64,000 bases of DNA from Eledone cirrhosa (GCA_964016885.1 OZ024742.1:191332001-191396000); one strand, 5' to 3'. Shown: positions 51,844-63,073, counted from the first letter of the stretch. The notes: generated by a model from the sequence alone, not told the origin. Translations and numbers: made by a program.

Positions 51844-53724
51844 ATGTTAAACGCAGCGAACGAAAATAGTGGTGGGGGGACAGCGGTAAGAGTTGTAAGC
51901 TCGCACGCTTTAGTCCTCCCTTCCTTCCCAACTAACGTCATAGAGAAGGAAGGAAAAATGAAAATAAAAACGGACGAATCTGCGGAGGAAAAAAAATTAA
52001 ATGACGAAAACAACGAAAAAAAAAAATTTGAAAAATTGCATGACAATACTAATAACACAAACAAAGACACAACAAACAAAAAAATAACAGTTGAAAATAA
52101 CATAATATCAGAAAACAAAGCAGACGACAAGATTTCTTTTGCACAGAAAACAAAGAAATCTTTGACTTATATAGCGGAAAACATTTCAGATGTGGTACGA
52201 AGGATCACGGACGCAAAACAATACATAAGTGAAGGTGAGAATGGTATTTTATTGGTAAAAATGCCTCAAGAATTCACGAAAGACATTGAAAGCCGAACGG
52301 TCAAGTTTCGGACCATCAACAACAGTACAAAAAAACCTGAACAGCCTTCTCAAGCAGATATCAAAACAGTACTCGCAGAAGTACTGAATGAAACAACTTT
52401 CATAAGAAAAGACAGACTGTATGGAAGCCTAGCAATTATCATGAAGAACGAATCGGCGGCAAAAAAATGTGCTTTGTCACCGATTCGTTCGAAAAATTTC
52501 ACCTTTTATCCATCTTATATGGGGAAAAAAACTCAACGCATATGGCTGGATGCAATGATGCCAGATGTGGACTACTGCTGGCTCATAGCTGGCTTCATCG
52601 ATCCAGTGAATGACAACGTGATTTCCATTGGGAAAACCACAGGCAATGCGTTCAGTGGAACAGGTATAGAGCTGGTAGTACAAATGAAGCCTGAACGCAT
52701 CGCCCAAATACCCGACAGAATCCTATTAGAGGACCACGGGTATATAAACATTAGCGTGGAGGGGAGAAGGCCGTCCTGCCATATCTGTGCAGGCAGAGGG
52801 CACCTGAAGGCCGCTTGTCCCCAACTCAACAAAAAGAAAACCCTGCTACCAACACCAGCTCCACCACCACCACCACAACAGATAAACAAACAACAAAACT
52901 CAGTCCCACCCAACCCGTCCCTCAGTAACACCACAACACCACCACAACACAAACAGTCACAACACATTACCCCAAAACAAAATACAGGCCCACCCAACCT
53001 CTCACTCAATAAAACAACACAACCACCGCAGACACAACACACAACACAGTCTAACATAGTGACATCCATCTCCCCCACAAAGAAAACCAACACGGAAACA
53101 TTACCAGCAAACATACCTCTTCCCTCCAACACTGAAGATAACCCAACGAATTCGGAGGAAGAAACGGAGTCCTTCAGACAGATTAAAAGGAAAAAAAGAA
53201 AACATGTGCAAAACACACAAGGACAAACAACCCCCACCCAAATCGCAACACAATCTAACAAAACAGAAAACACCCCTCCAGCAACAAACAAAACCAAACC
53301 TGCCCCTCCCCTCTTCGAAACACTCACACCATCGGAAAAAAAGACATTACACTATACTTACATCAACAGAAACAATAATAAATTAAATGAACTCATATAC
53401 AATAATCCTTCGGTACAAACCGAAGGTGTAAACTTTGTTTCATCAGAAAACCACCCACATTTAAAACTAATAAAAATCCCAATGAACCTCTACCAAAAAC
53501 TAAAAAAGGATTTTAAGGAGGACGTAGGACCACCCTCTGTCAAACCCATAAACCGCGTCCTACTAAAAAGCTTTCCCCCTCCCCTTCCCCTCCCCAACAC
53601 AACTCCAAACACCCCAACCCCACCACACACCGACGACCCCACACCACCACAAGACACCCCTTCACCCAACACCCCCGACCCCATGGAAGTCGTGCAACCC
53701 GAACCCCGGGAAGCGGAAAGGTAG
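51844..53724 (+). CDS. LINE ORF1 (gag-like nucleic-acid-binding protein)
   Basis: Open from 51691; first ATG at 51844. Single CCHC knuckle CHICAGRGHLKAAC preceded by ISVEGRRPS, then a Pro/Thr/Gln-rich tail. Confidence 0.85.
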   Translation: MLNAANENSGGGTAVRVVSSHALVLPSFPTNVIEKEGKMKIKTDESAEEKKLNDENNEKKKFEKLHDNTNNTNKDTTNKKITVENNIISENKADDKISFAQKTKKSLTYIAENISDVVRRITDAKQYISEGENGILLVKMPQEFTKDIESRTVKFRTINNSTKKPEQPSQADIKTVLAEVLNETTFIRKDRLYGSLAIIMKNESAAKKCALSPIRSKNFTFYPSYMGKKTQRIWLDAMMPDVDYCWLIAGFIDPVNDNVISIGKTTGNAFSGTGIELVVQMKPERIAQIPDRILLEDHGYINISVEGRRPSCHICAGRGHLKAACPQLNKKKTLLPTPAPPPPPQQINKQQNSVPPNPSLSNTTTPPQHKQSQHITPKQNTGPPNLSLNKTTQPPQTQHTTQSNIVTSISPTKKTNTETLPANIPLPSNTEDNPTNSEEETESFRQIKRKKRKHVQNTQGQTTPTQIATQSNKTENTPPATNKTKPAPPLFETLTPSEKKTLHYTYINRNNNKLNELIYNNPSVQTEGVNFVSSENHPHLKLIKIPMNLYQKLKKDFKEDVGPPSVKPINRVLLKSFPPPLPLPNTTPNTPTPPHTDDPTPPQDTPSPNTPDPMEVVQPEPREAER

Positions 53725-53757
53725 GTCTCTACACTCTCCTTTGGCTCTGCCGCCCAC

Positions 53758-56700
53758 ATGGATGTGTTAAGAGTAGGATGTTTGAATGCACGTGGCCTGG
53801 GCTCAACTTGGAAGCAAGCAAAGCTTCTAAATGACCTCAGGTCATGTAGTATAAATGTAATGGTTATCTGTGAGACTCGAATCAGCGTCATGCGGCAGCT
53901 GGCCCCCACCTTCGATGACTTTGAGGTGCATGCATCTCTCTGTCAACCTGGAGGTGGGGGTGGGGTTGTCGTGCTGCTGCAAAAACACCTGGGTCTTGCC
54001 GTACAGGTTGTGCACTCGGACCCGGAGGGTCGTTTGTTGGTGCTAGACGTTGGCAGTAGTGAAAGTGCGGCCTTGAGACTGGTCGCCGTCTACTCCCCTT
54101 TCGGAGCTGAACGGCCCGACTTCTTCCAGCGTTTGGAGACTTTTCTGGGAACGTCGCGTTCCCTGCTTCTAGCGGGGGATTGGAATGACATCCTAGATGC
54201 ACGTTGGGACTATGCAGGAGCATGTCCTAATAGAGGGGGGTGTAACAGCCTCAAGGGGTTACTCGACCGTTTTAACTTGGTCGATAGATATCGACTAGAT
54301 TTTCCAACTGTGCCTACCTGGACTTGGAGAAACCACAGTGGTCAATCTAGATCGTACTTAGATAGATTCTTAGTTAGAAGTAAGGATAGGGACATATTAA
54401 GCTGTCCAGAAATGCGCACGGTTGGCTACACGGATCACAAATTAGTGACCTGCGTGGTCAATCTCGAGAAAACACATAGACAGGGTCCCGGTTACTGGAA
54501 ACTTAATTTGTCTTTACCGGCAAAAGAGACTTACAGAAACCGGATTAGCAGATTAGTTAAGGAGAGGTTGACGGGTGCAATCGTCAACAACCGATGGTGG
54601 GCATCTCTCAAAAGAGAGATTAGAACAGAATCAATAAGTTATAGCAAGATGTTAGCTGCCAATAGGAATAGAAACGAGAAAGAATTAACAGGTAAATTAG
54701 AAGAGGCAATCAAGAGCGAAGATGTGGCCAGAGTGCTGGCATCGAGGACGGCCTTGAACCAGTTTTTCGATGCAAAGCATGAAGGCTGCGTCATTCGAAG
54801 TAAAATACGTGCTCTAGGTAATGAGGGGGCCAAAGCCGTTGGATGGGCCCGCGTGACAGAAGCTAAAAGTGGAAATCGATCCACCATCCGGTCGTTGCAA
54901 GACGAAGATGGACGAGTGATCCGGGAGCCTAAGCAGATGTGCGAGGCCTTTCAAAAGCACTTTGCCCGATTGTTCGGGGGAGGCGAGGGTCCGGGCCGGG
55001 GCGTGGATTTCGGTCCATACCTCGACGGCCTGCCGCGTCTCTCGAACAAAGAGGCAGAGTCCTGCGAGGGACCAATCTCGGCTGATGAGATCGGAGATGC
55101 GCTGAGCCAATGCAGCAGACGCAAATCTCCAGGTCTCGATGGTATACCTTACGAACTTTATTTAGCAATGCCGGTCTTCTTCTCCGAACTCCTCGAAGCG
55201 GTCTACTGCAATTGGCAGCAGAACGGGAGAATTCCTTGTTCTGTAGCCAAGGGCGTAGTCACGCTGGTGAGGAAGGACGAGAACAAGGGGGATAGTATAA
55301 ATAATTTTCGGCCCATAACCCTGCTAAACACAGAGTTAAAGATTTTGGCCAAGGTGTTAGCAAAGAGGTTGGCGCTTGTCGTGGGTGGCCTGGTGGGAGA
55401 TGCGCAGACATGTGCTATCCCATCCAGGTCCATTCACGATAACCTCCACCTCATGCGATACATCATAGAGAGGGTTGGCAACAAACCCGGCTTCGGTGGG
55501 GCCCTGATCAACTTGGATCAGTCTAAGGCCTTCGATAGGGTCGACCATGGTTACCTGGATGCGGTGCTAGCGGCGGCTGGGTTCGGTCCTGTTTTCAGAG
55601 GCTGGATCACTGCCCTACATAGCAACCACATCTGTTCTGGGATCAAGGTGAACGGCTACCTTTCGAAGCCGTTCGAAATCACACGATCCATTCGACAGGG
55701 GTGCCCTCTCTCCTCCCTTCTGTACGTATTGACTCTCGAGCCTTTACTGAGGAAGTTGGAGTTGTTGCAGGGTATCCCCCTGGAACCAGGATTGAGCAAA
55801 GCGGTGTCGGCCTACGCCGATGACGTAACAGTAATGGTATCAACCGACTCGGAGATCGAGGCGATCGGTACCTTACTGGAGGAGTACGAAAGGTTGTCAG
55901 GAGCGAAACTGAACCGGGAAAAATCCATCGGGCTGCAACTCGGAACGTGGAGAGGCAAACCGATGCCTCCTGACGGTGTCGTCGGACACTGGACGGAGGG
56001 CCCGGTAAAGTTGCTTGGGGTCTGGTTTGGACCGGACCTCCAGGTGGAAAAGAACTGGAACGAGGTTACGAACAAGGTGTTTGCACTAACCCAGAAATGG
56101 GCCAAGTGTAAGCTGTCCCTAAAAGGCCGGGCGGAGGTGGCGAACATTTACATAGCGTCCGTCACTTACTACCGCCTGACTGTCGTGCCTTGCCCTAAGG
56201 AAACACTCACCACCATGGAACGCATGCTCTTCCAATTTCTTTGGAAGAAGCGTCCTCCTATGGTGAGAAGATCCATCTGCTGCCAACAACCTTCGAAAGG
56301 AGGGCTGGGGATGCCGTGGTTGATGATGCGTAGGCACGCATTAAGGCTACGGCACCTACAGGTATTCCTCACTGGTCAACCGGTGTGGGCTCCGTTCGTG
56401 AAACGAGCCTTTCCGAGACTCGTCTCACTCACCGAGCTACAGTCCTGGGTCAAGCAAAGATCCGGAAAACTGGGAGACTGGCACACTGAGTGTGCTCAGG
56501 CGCTCAGGGCTCTCTGGCAAGCGGGCCGGGCCATCGGTGGAGAATCCACCTCATCATTCTATAGAGGGCTGGTGGCTAGCAGGGGCGATGACACCCTTGG
56601 AGAGTCGCTGGACATGGAAGAAGACGAACTGGCCAGCCTGTTCGGTAGGACTTTCGGCCCAGGACCAATGGACAACTTCCAGAAGTCACTGGCCTGGCAG

Positions 56701-57195
56701 TGCTACCGAGGGGCTCTACCCGTTCGAGAGAGGCTCTACAGACACGGGCGCCCGGGCAGGGATCCCTCAAAAAAGATTTGCCCTAGATGCGTGCGTCACG
56801 AAGAAACCGTGGCGCACGCATTGGTGCAATGTCCGGGCGTGGCTGATCTGTGGGGCTACGCCGAACAACTGCTGTCGCGGGTGGCGCCGATTAAATTGAC
56901 CGCCGAGTCCGTGATGACAATCAAACCGCCTCCCCTCTTCACAAAGGAAGCAAAGGCGGTTTTTCTGTGCGTAATAGCCATGTTGAAAGAGGTTGTTTGG
57001 TGGACACGATTGAAAGGTCTGAGGTCAGGCAACTTCCTCTCTGGCCATAGTCTGGTCTACTTCTTCCGATATCACTTCGGAAGAAGGATAAGAATGGAGA
57101 GAGAGGTGCTTGGCCACAGGCAGTTTTATGAAAGGTGGGTGATAGTGGCGAGAATGGCTCGTGTAAATGGGCCTTCTCTGTATACCATCCTGTAG
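53758..57195 (+). CDS. LINE ORF2: APE endonuclease + reverse transcriptase + C-terminal Zn motif (1145 aa)
   Basis: APE motifs LNARGL, ICETR, AGDWN, SYLDRF, TDHK; GYWKLN; RT motifs KSPGLDG, FRPITLLN, DQSKAFDRV, RQGCPLS, YADD; CPRC..ETVAHALVQC. Confidence 0.96.
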   Translation: MDVLRVGCLNARGLGSTWKQAKLLNDLRSCSINVMVICETRISVMRQLAPTFDDFEVHASLCQPGGGGGVVVLLQKHLGLAVQVVHSDPEGRLLVLDVGSSESAALRLVAVYSPFGAERPDFFQRLETFLGTSRSLLLAGDWNDILDARWDYAGACPNRGGCNSLKGLLDRFNLVDRYRLDFPTVPTWTWRNHSGQSRSYLDRFLVRSKDRDILSCPEMRTVGYTDHKLVTCVVNLEKTHRQGPGYWKLNLSLPAKETYRNRISRLVKERLTGAIVNNRWWASLKREIRTESISYSKMLAANRNRNEKELTGKLEEAIKSEDVARVLASRTALNQFFDAKHEGCVIRSKIRALGNEGAKAVGWARVTEAKSGNRSTIRSLQDEDGRVIREPKQMCEAFQKHFARLFGGGEGPGRGVDFGPYLDGLPRLSNKEAESCEGPISADEIGDALSQCSRRKSPGLDGIPYELYLAMPVFFSELLEAVYCNWQQNGRIPCSVAKGVVTLVRKDENKGDSINNFRPITLLNTELKILAKVLAKRLALVVGGLVGDAQTCAIPSRSIHDNLHLMRYIIERVGNKPGFGGALINLDQSKAFDRVDHGYLDAVLAAAGFGPVFRGWITALHSNHICSGIKVNGYLSKPFEITRSIRQGCPLSSLLYVLTLEPLLRKLELLQGIPLEPGLSKAVSAYADDVTVMVSTDSEIEAIGTLLEEYERLSGAKLNREKSIGLQLGTWRGKPMPPDGVVGHWTEGPVKLLGVWFGPDLQVEKNWNEVTNKVFALTQKWAKCKLSLKGRAEVANIYIASVTYYRLTVVPCPKETLTTMERMLFQFLWKKRPPMVRRSICCQQPSKGGLGMPWLMMRRHALRLRHLQVFLTGQPVWAPFVKRAFPRLVSLTELQSWVKQRSGKLGDWHTECAQALRALWQAGRAIGGESTSSFYRGLVASRGDDTLGESLDMEEDELASLFGRTFGPGPMDNFQKSLAWQCYRGALPVRERLYRHGRPGRDPSKKICPRCVRHEETVAHALVQCPGVADLWGYAEQLLSRVAPIKLTAESVMTIKPPPLFTKEAKAVFLCVIAMLKEVVWWTRLKGLRSGNFLSGHSLVYFFRYHFGRRIRMEREVLGHRQFYERWVIVARMARVNGPSLYTIL

Positions 57196-57434
57196 GTAAA
57201 GAAGTAAAGGAGAGGGGAACACCTTCTCCATGTGCTCCCCGGGCAAAGGATTGCACACTTTTTCGGGGGTGTGTGCAACCCCCATCACGTCCCCTCCCTT
57301 TTGAGGTTATTTTCGATTATTTTCATGTTACACCCTTTTTACTCGATTATATGTAAACTCCCCCTTTGTATTTGTCCCTTCTTTTTATGCCTTTATGGTA
57401 AATAAAGAAATCTATCTATCTATTTATCTATCTG

Positions 57435-57501
<67 letters not shown>

Positions 57502-57510
57502 GTCTATCTA

Positions 57511-57897
57511 TCAACTGGTTCTTTTTTTCAAATACCACTTTGGAAGAAGAATCAGGATGGAGAGAGAGGTGCTGCCCCCCAGCAAGTTTTATGAAAGGTG
57601 AGTGAAAGTGGCGAGAATGTCCCGAGTGAATGGTCCTTCTCTCTATATCAGCCTGTAGGTTGAGGAAAAGGAGGAGGAGAGGAAAGGAGTACAAACTCTT
57701 CGTACTCCTGGAGTTGAGGGTTGCACATTTTTTCGGGTGTATGTGTTACCCATATGAACTGTCTCCCCCTATTGCGGAAAATCGACTAACTTTTTTTTAA
57801 TTGCATTTGTGATAACATTTTACACGTTTTTATTGTATGTAAACTTCTCCCTTTGTATTTGTCCCCTTCTTTTGAGCCCATGTGGCTAATAAAGAAA
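57511..57897 (+). mobile_element. 5'-truncated copy of a related Tx1 subfamily (ORF2 end + 3' UTR)
   Basis: QLVLFFKYHFGRRIRMEREVL.., ends AATAAAGAAA; (ATCT)n on both sides. Confidence 0.9.
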
Positions 57898-57922
57898 CAT
57901 ATCTATCTATCTATCTATCTAC

Positions 57923-57970
<48 letters not shown>

Positions 57971-58861
57971 GTCCTCGTAGCCCATACGCGTATCAGCGAC
58001 ACGGATGTCTGCCCGGCCGCCGACCTGTTTGAGCGGTGAGAGCCCGACCGGGTTGCCCCACTCGACTCTTCGGTCTTCCAACGGAGTGGTCTGGCGCAAC
58101 TCCGAGCTGCCTCCACCAAACGGGCTGACACCGTACCAATGGATGAAAACAACCCGGCGCGTTGGGACAGCCGGGTCTGGCCTGGCACTGGGGCGGGCTC
58201 TCGCCGCCACCAGAGCCGCCACGCAACCCGGCTGCTTTGGCCCGCGCCAGCCCAATAAGCGGAGTTTCGGGCGGGAGCGGACCTGATATGGCCGGGCCAA
58301 TAGTTGGGCGACTCCCCGACCTTAGAGAGCGCCACTTGATACAAAAACAAAGAAACAACGCCGCTCGTACCAGCAACGACGTGTTATGAATAATTTCGGC
58401 TCGCTTGGTCACCCGGGAGGTCCTTACGACTGTTCGGACCTCCAGGGCTAAAGCTCTCTCGCCACGTCAAGGCGGAGCCAGGAGGGAGGTCGGCGGGCTA
58501 TCGCCTACCGCGGCGATATGTACCAATCTCCAGCCCTCCGCCTACTAATCAAAATGCATAGGCGAATCACGCTAACCCGTGCGGGGCCGGTCGAAGGCAC
58601 ACGATGCCCGTCGGCCTCCCCTGCCAACGTTGCGTCCTTGAACTAATCTAAACGCATCACGGAGCCGGCGATTGCTTTAAGAGTCTAAACCGTCTGCGTC
58701 CGTAGCCTAACCTAATTATCTAGTCTAACGCACCGTTGCTCGCCCTGCGACGGGTGGTCGGGAGTTCCTAGGAGCATCCCTTCCCAAGCGTTTTTAAACT
58801 ACGCTAACTACCGGGACGCCCTCGTCATCGCCCGTGACGAGGCATTTGGCTACCTTAAGAG
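57971..58861. other. GC-rich, hairpin-rich segment of unknown origin fused to the 5' end of a truncated Tx1
   Basis: No similarity visible to the full-length element; begins right after (ATCT)n; ends in the 28S match. Confidence 0.8.
58835..58861 (-). rRNA. 27-nt fragment of 28S rRNA spanning the R2 insertion site
   Basis: Minus strand CTCTTAAGGTAGCCAAATGCCTCGTCA equals the conserved eukaryotic LSU sequence around TTAAGG/TAGC; the normal continuation TCTAATTAG is absent. Confidence 0.9.
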
Positions 58862-60538
58862 GAACCGGGATTGCGGAAAGCGGTGTCGGCCTACGCCGAT
58901 GACGTGACAGTAATGGTGTCGACGGCCTCCGAAATCGAGGCGGTCGGCACCTTACTGGAGGAGTACGAAAAGTTCACAGGGGCTAAGCTGAACCGGGACA
59001 AGTCGATCGGTTTGCAACTCGGCACGTGGAGGGGCAGACCGATGCCCTCCGATGGCGTCGTCGGACGCTGGACGGAGGGCCCGGTGAAGTTGCTCGGGGT
59101 CTGGTTCGGACCGGACCTCCAGGTGGAGAAAAACTGGGCGGAGGTTACGAACAGGGTGTTTGCACTGACCCAGAAGTGGGCCAGTTGCAAACTATCCCTG
59201 AAAGGTCGGGCGGAGGTGGCGAACACCTACATAGCGTCCGTCATCTACTACCGCCTGACCGTAGTGCCCTGCCCAAGGGAAACCCTCACCAAGATGGAGC
59301 GCGCGCTCTTCCAATTCCTTTGGAAGAGGCGGGCTCCTATGGTGAGGAGATCCATCTTCTGTCAACACCCTTCGAAAGGAGGGCTGGGGATGCCGTGGCT
59401 AATGATGCGTAAACACGCATTAAGGCTACGGCACCTCTACGTATTCCTCACCGGACAACCGGTGTGGGCCTCGTTTGTGAGACGAACCTTTCCCAGACTC
59501 GTCTCACTCACCGAGCTGCAATCCTGGGTCAAGCAAAGACCGAGAAAACTGGGCGCCTGGCACACTGAGTGTGCCCAGGCGCTCACCGCCCTCTGGCAGG
59601 CGGATCCGGTTATCAGTGGAGACTCCACCGCAACATTCTATAGAGGGCTGGTACGCAGCAGGTGCGACGACGCCCTCGGAGAAGCCCTAGACATGGAGGA
59701 GGACGAACTGGCCAGCCTGTTCGGTAGGACATTCAGCCCGGGACCCATGGACAACTTCCAGAAGTACCTGGCCTGGCAGTGCTACCGAGGGGCTTTACCC
59801 GTTCGAGAAAGGCTCTACAGACACGGGCGCCCGGGTAGGGACCCCGCCAAAAAGATCTGTCCCAGATGCGTGTGCGACGAGGAAACCGTTGCACACGCAT
59901 TGGTACACTGCTTGGGCGCAGCCGATCTGTGGGGCTATGTCGAACAACTGCTGTCAAGGGTGGGACCGATCCGGTTGACCACCGAGTCTATTGTAATGAT
60001 CAAGCCGCCTCCCCCCTTCAAAGATGAAGCAGAGGCGGTGTTTCTGTGCGTAATAGCCATGGCGAAAGAGGTTGTATGGTGGACGCGTCTGAAAGGACTG
60101 AGGTCAGGCACCTTTCTCTCTGGCCAACAACTGGTCCGTTTCTTCCGATATCATTTCGGAAGAAGGATCAGGATGGAGAGAGAGGTGCTGCACCCCAGCC
60201 GTTTCTATGAAAGATGGGTGAAAGTGGCGAGAATGGCCCGTGTGAATGGGCCTTCACTCTACATCAGACTATAGGTGAGGAAGATGAAAGACCAAGGGAG
60301 CACCCCCTTCTCTGTGCTCCTGAGGAGAAGGGTTGCACACTTTTTTTCGGGGGTGTGTGCGACCCCCCAAGGCGCCTCCTCTCTATTGAGGATTTTGTTA
60401 AAAATTTTATTTTTTGTTATATCTTATTTTATTTTTATATTTTGTTATTGCCTCCTCCTTATTGAGGACGCCTTTTTGTGTAAACTCCCCCCTTTGTACT
60501 TGTCCCACTTTTGATGCCCTAGTGGCAAATAAAAGAAA
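58862..60538 (+). mobile_element. 5'-truncated Tx1 copy (ORF2 from just before YADD to the stop at 60274, uninterrupted)
   Basis: 467-aa ORF colinear with the C-terminal part of ORF2 at 53758-57195, with many substitutions; followed by (ATCT)n. Confidence 0.93.
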
Positions 60539-60571
60539 CATATCTATCTATCTATCTATCTATCTATCTCT

Positions 60572-61006
60572 TAGATATGGTGGACGAGATTAAAAGGGCT
60601 GAGGGCAGACACCTTTCTCTCCGGCGAAGAACTGATTCGTTTTTTCAAATATCATTTTAGAAGAAGAATCAGGATGGAGAGAGAGGTTCTGTACCCCAGC
60701 AATTTTTATAAAAGGTGGGTGAATGTGGCAAAGATGGCCCGAGTGTTTGGGCCTTCTCTCTCTATAAGCTTGTAGATTGAGGAAAAAGAGAAATAGAGGA
60801 GTGGAGTACTCACTCTTGGTGCTCCTGGAGATGAGGGTTGTACATTTTTTCTGGGTGTGTACAACCCCTGTGTAACGCCTCCTCCCTATTGGGGATTTCA
60901 ATTGTTATTTGTTATTTTATTAATAGTTTTATTTTCATATACCTGTATGTAAACTACCCATTTGTATTTGTCCCCTACTTTCGTGTCCTTGTGGCTAATA
61001 AAGAAA
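60572..61006 (+). mobile_element. 5'-truncated, more decayed Tx1 copy
   Basis: WWTRLKGLR...FFKYHFRRRIRMEREVL; 3' UTR ends AATAAAGAAA plus degenerate CTATCT. Confidence 0.88.
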
Positions 61007-61509
61007 TTTACCTATCTCTGAGATAAAATAATAGACCTAAAACTTCATATTCCACTTCAACATACGGCAAACAAACACATTGAACCTTAAGCATTTCAGA
61101 AGAAACCACCTGAGCAGCTCTTTGGCCAGCCAGAAATATAGCTATCACTAAACTGATAAATATCATCGTGTTTAAATTCATTGTTGCTTCATGCGTATAG
61201 AATGGCGAATACGTTAACTCATAGTATGGAAGGGTAAGTGTGCTGAGAGGCAGAGTCTACGTACATACCTGTTATGTGATTTCATTAGAGATAAAATACC
61301 TTTATATAAAGTAGCGAGTTTTATTTTATTGACCACTAATCTTATCCGCATTTTCAAGAATGCGCATGATCCTTCAATATATTAAAGTTGTTTATGTTTG
61401 TTTCAATAATATTATATTTAAGATTGTATAGATACACAAGAATTACAGAAGGTTGACTGCAATGGAATTGATAATGATAATCGAGAGAAAGAATACTAAA
61501 TAATGCATC

Positions 61510-61775
61510 CGAAGACTGCCTCAAGCCAGGAGTCTCGTTAATCCGGTGCCTATGCCAGTTTCGTGACGTGAAGCGACTGAGACTACAAGACTCCCTCCTG
61601 GACAGGACGCCAGTCGATCGCAACCTTAAACCCTCATCTATTGCTGGTACTCATTTTCAGCTGAGTATACTGGAACAACATGAAATTAAGTGTTTTGCTC
61701 AAGAACACAACATAGAACCCGGCCCAATAATCGAACCCACGACATCATGATCGTAAGTCCAACACCCTACCACTA
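61510..61775 (-). mobile_element. tRNA-derived SINE of a second family (Meta/CORE-like central domain)
   Basis: Minus strand: TAGTGGTAGGGTG..GGGTTCGATT head, then GTGTTCTTGAGCAAAACACTTAATTTC..CTCAGCTGAAAATGAGTACC. Confidence 0.65.
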
Positions 61776-62264
61776 ATTGAAAACAGGTTTTCTGTTATAT
61801 TTAGTCATTTTTGCTTTTTGAAAATAATCTTATGATCTTTATATGTGACACCAACTTCTTCAGTTTTGTTGCTATTTTGTTATGCTATTCTTCACAAAAA
61901 GCTAATCCATATTCAGTCCCACCGATCTCACTTTTTCTATTGTATAATAGCTGAAAGGTGCTGTGTGGCTGTTGATCGTATTAGATTATGTCTTTCTATC
62001 TTTTTTATTAAATCATATTTCTTGTTTCTTCCTGTTTTCCTTCCTTTTGTTGTGGTTAGTTATTGTCTCGCAATAGTGTTATGATATTTTCAATCCATTA
62101 GGAAAATGACTCAAATGAAATACACTCATACGCAGGTGAATTAGTTGTGAAATCATGTCAGATTGTATTTCAGTCTCTTTCTGGCTACCTCGTGTCAATA
62201 CGAACTGTATTTCAATCGAATGAGATTGAATATAAAGGAGTCTTCAATTTACTATGAATTCCAC

Positions 62265-62760
62265 TAATAACAACATCGTCACCGACTCTACAACTAACAG
62301 CATATCCGTTATCCTCCCGTTCATCAGCAACAATAGAGCCAACATTAGAAATACTACCAAATACAATGACATCAGCAACAACAACGGCAACAACAACTAG
62401 AATAACAATGACAGCAACAGAACTAACAAAATCAACATCAGAATCAATGATGACAGCTGTAGTAACAACAACAATGATAAAAAATGTCAGAAAAAAATTG
62501 TCAGCAACAGCAATGACATCATCAGTAAAAATAACAACAGGAGCAACAACACAAATTGCTAGAAAGAGAGCAATAGCAAAATAAGCAACAACAGCTAAAA
62601 AGACTGCAATGACATTATAAACAATAACAACAACACAAGCAACGGCAACAACACACCGATGACAGCAGTGACAACAAGAGCAACAACAACAAAAATAATA
62701 ACATCAACGCCAGCGCAACCAGAAATAACGACATCAACACTAGAAGGGAATTAAATAAAA
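62265..62760. repeat. Degenerate (ACA)n low-complexity tract (similar tract 63770-64000)
   Basis: Direct reading. Confidence 0.8.
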
Positions 62761-62912
62761 CAAAGCTTGGATGTATATCTTCGGAATGTTCTGATTCTTG
62801 CTTCATAGATCCCTTCACTAAAGATTACACAGATTCCGAGCAGGAAGTGGCTTCCCTTATCTCCTATCTCCTCTGGATGGGGATGTAACAATCGCATTCA
62901 ATAATATTATGT

Positions 62913-62961
<49 letters not shown>

Positions 62962-62983
62962 ATATGTATATAAATATATATAT

Positions 62984-63060
<77 letters not shown>

Positions 63061-63073
63061 AATATATATATAA

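Larger units (their letters stand above)
51606..57409 (+). mobile_element. Apparently full-length Tx1/L1-clade LINE in (ATCT)n
   Basis: Two intact ORFs separated by 33 nt; 3' UTR ending AAATAAAGAAA; (ATCT)n upstream (51549-51605) and downstream (57410-57510). 5' boundary approximate. Confidence 0.92.

Noticed and set aside
57959-58412. ORFs on both strands of the GC-rich segment
   Set aside because: No recognisable motifs; expected by chance at high GC.
58700-58861. Group I intron or HDV-like ribozyme directly at the 28S junction
   Set aside because: The fold-back lacks the U.G splice-site pair and I cannot find P7-type core motifs. A GTAGCC/GGCTAC-GG pairing exists, but no C-rich L3 precedes it. 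Not supportable by eye.
51759-59957. Antisense and overlapping ORFs within the LINEs
   Set aside because: Shadow frames of ORF1/ORF2 with no independent motifs.
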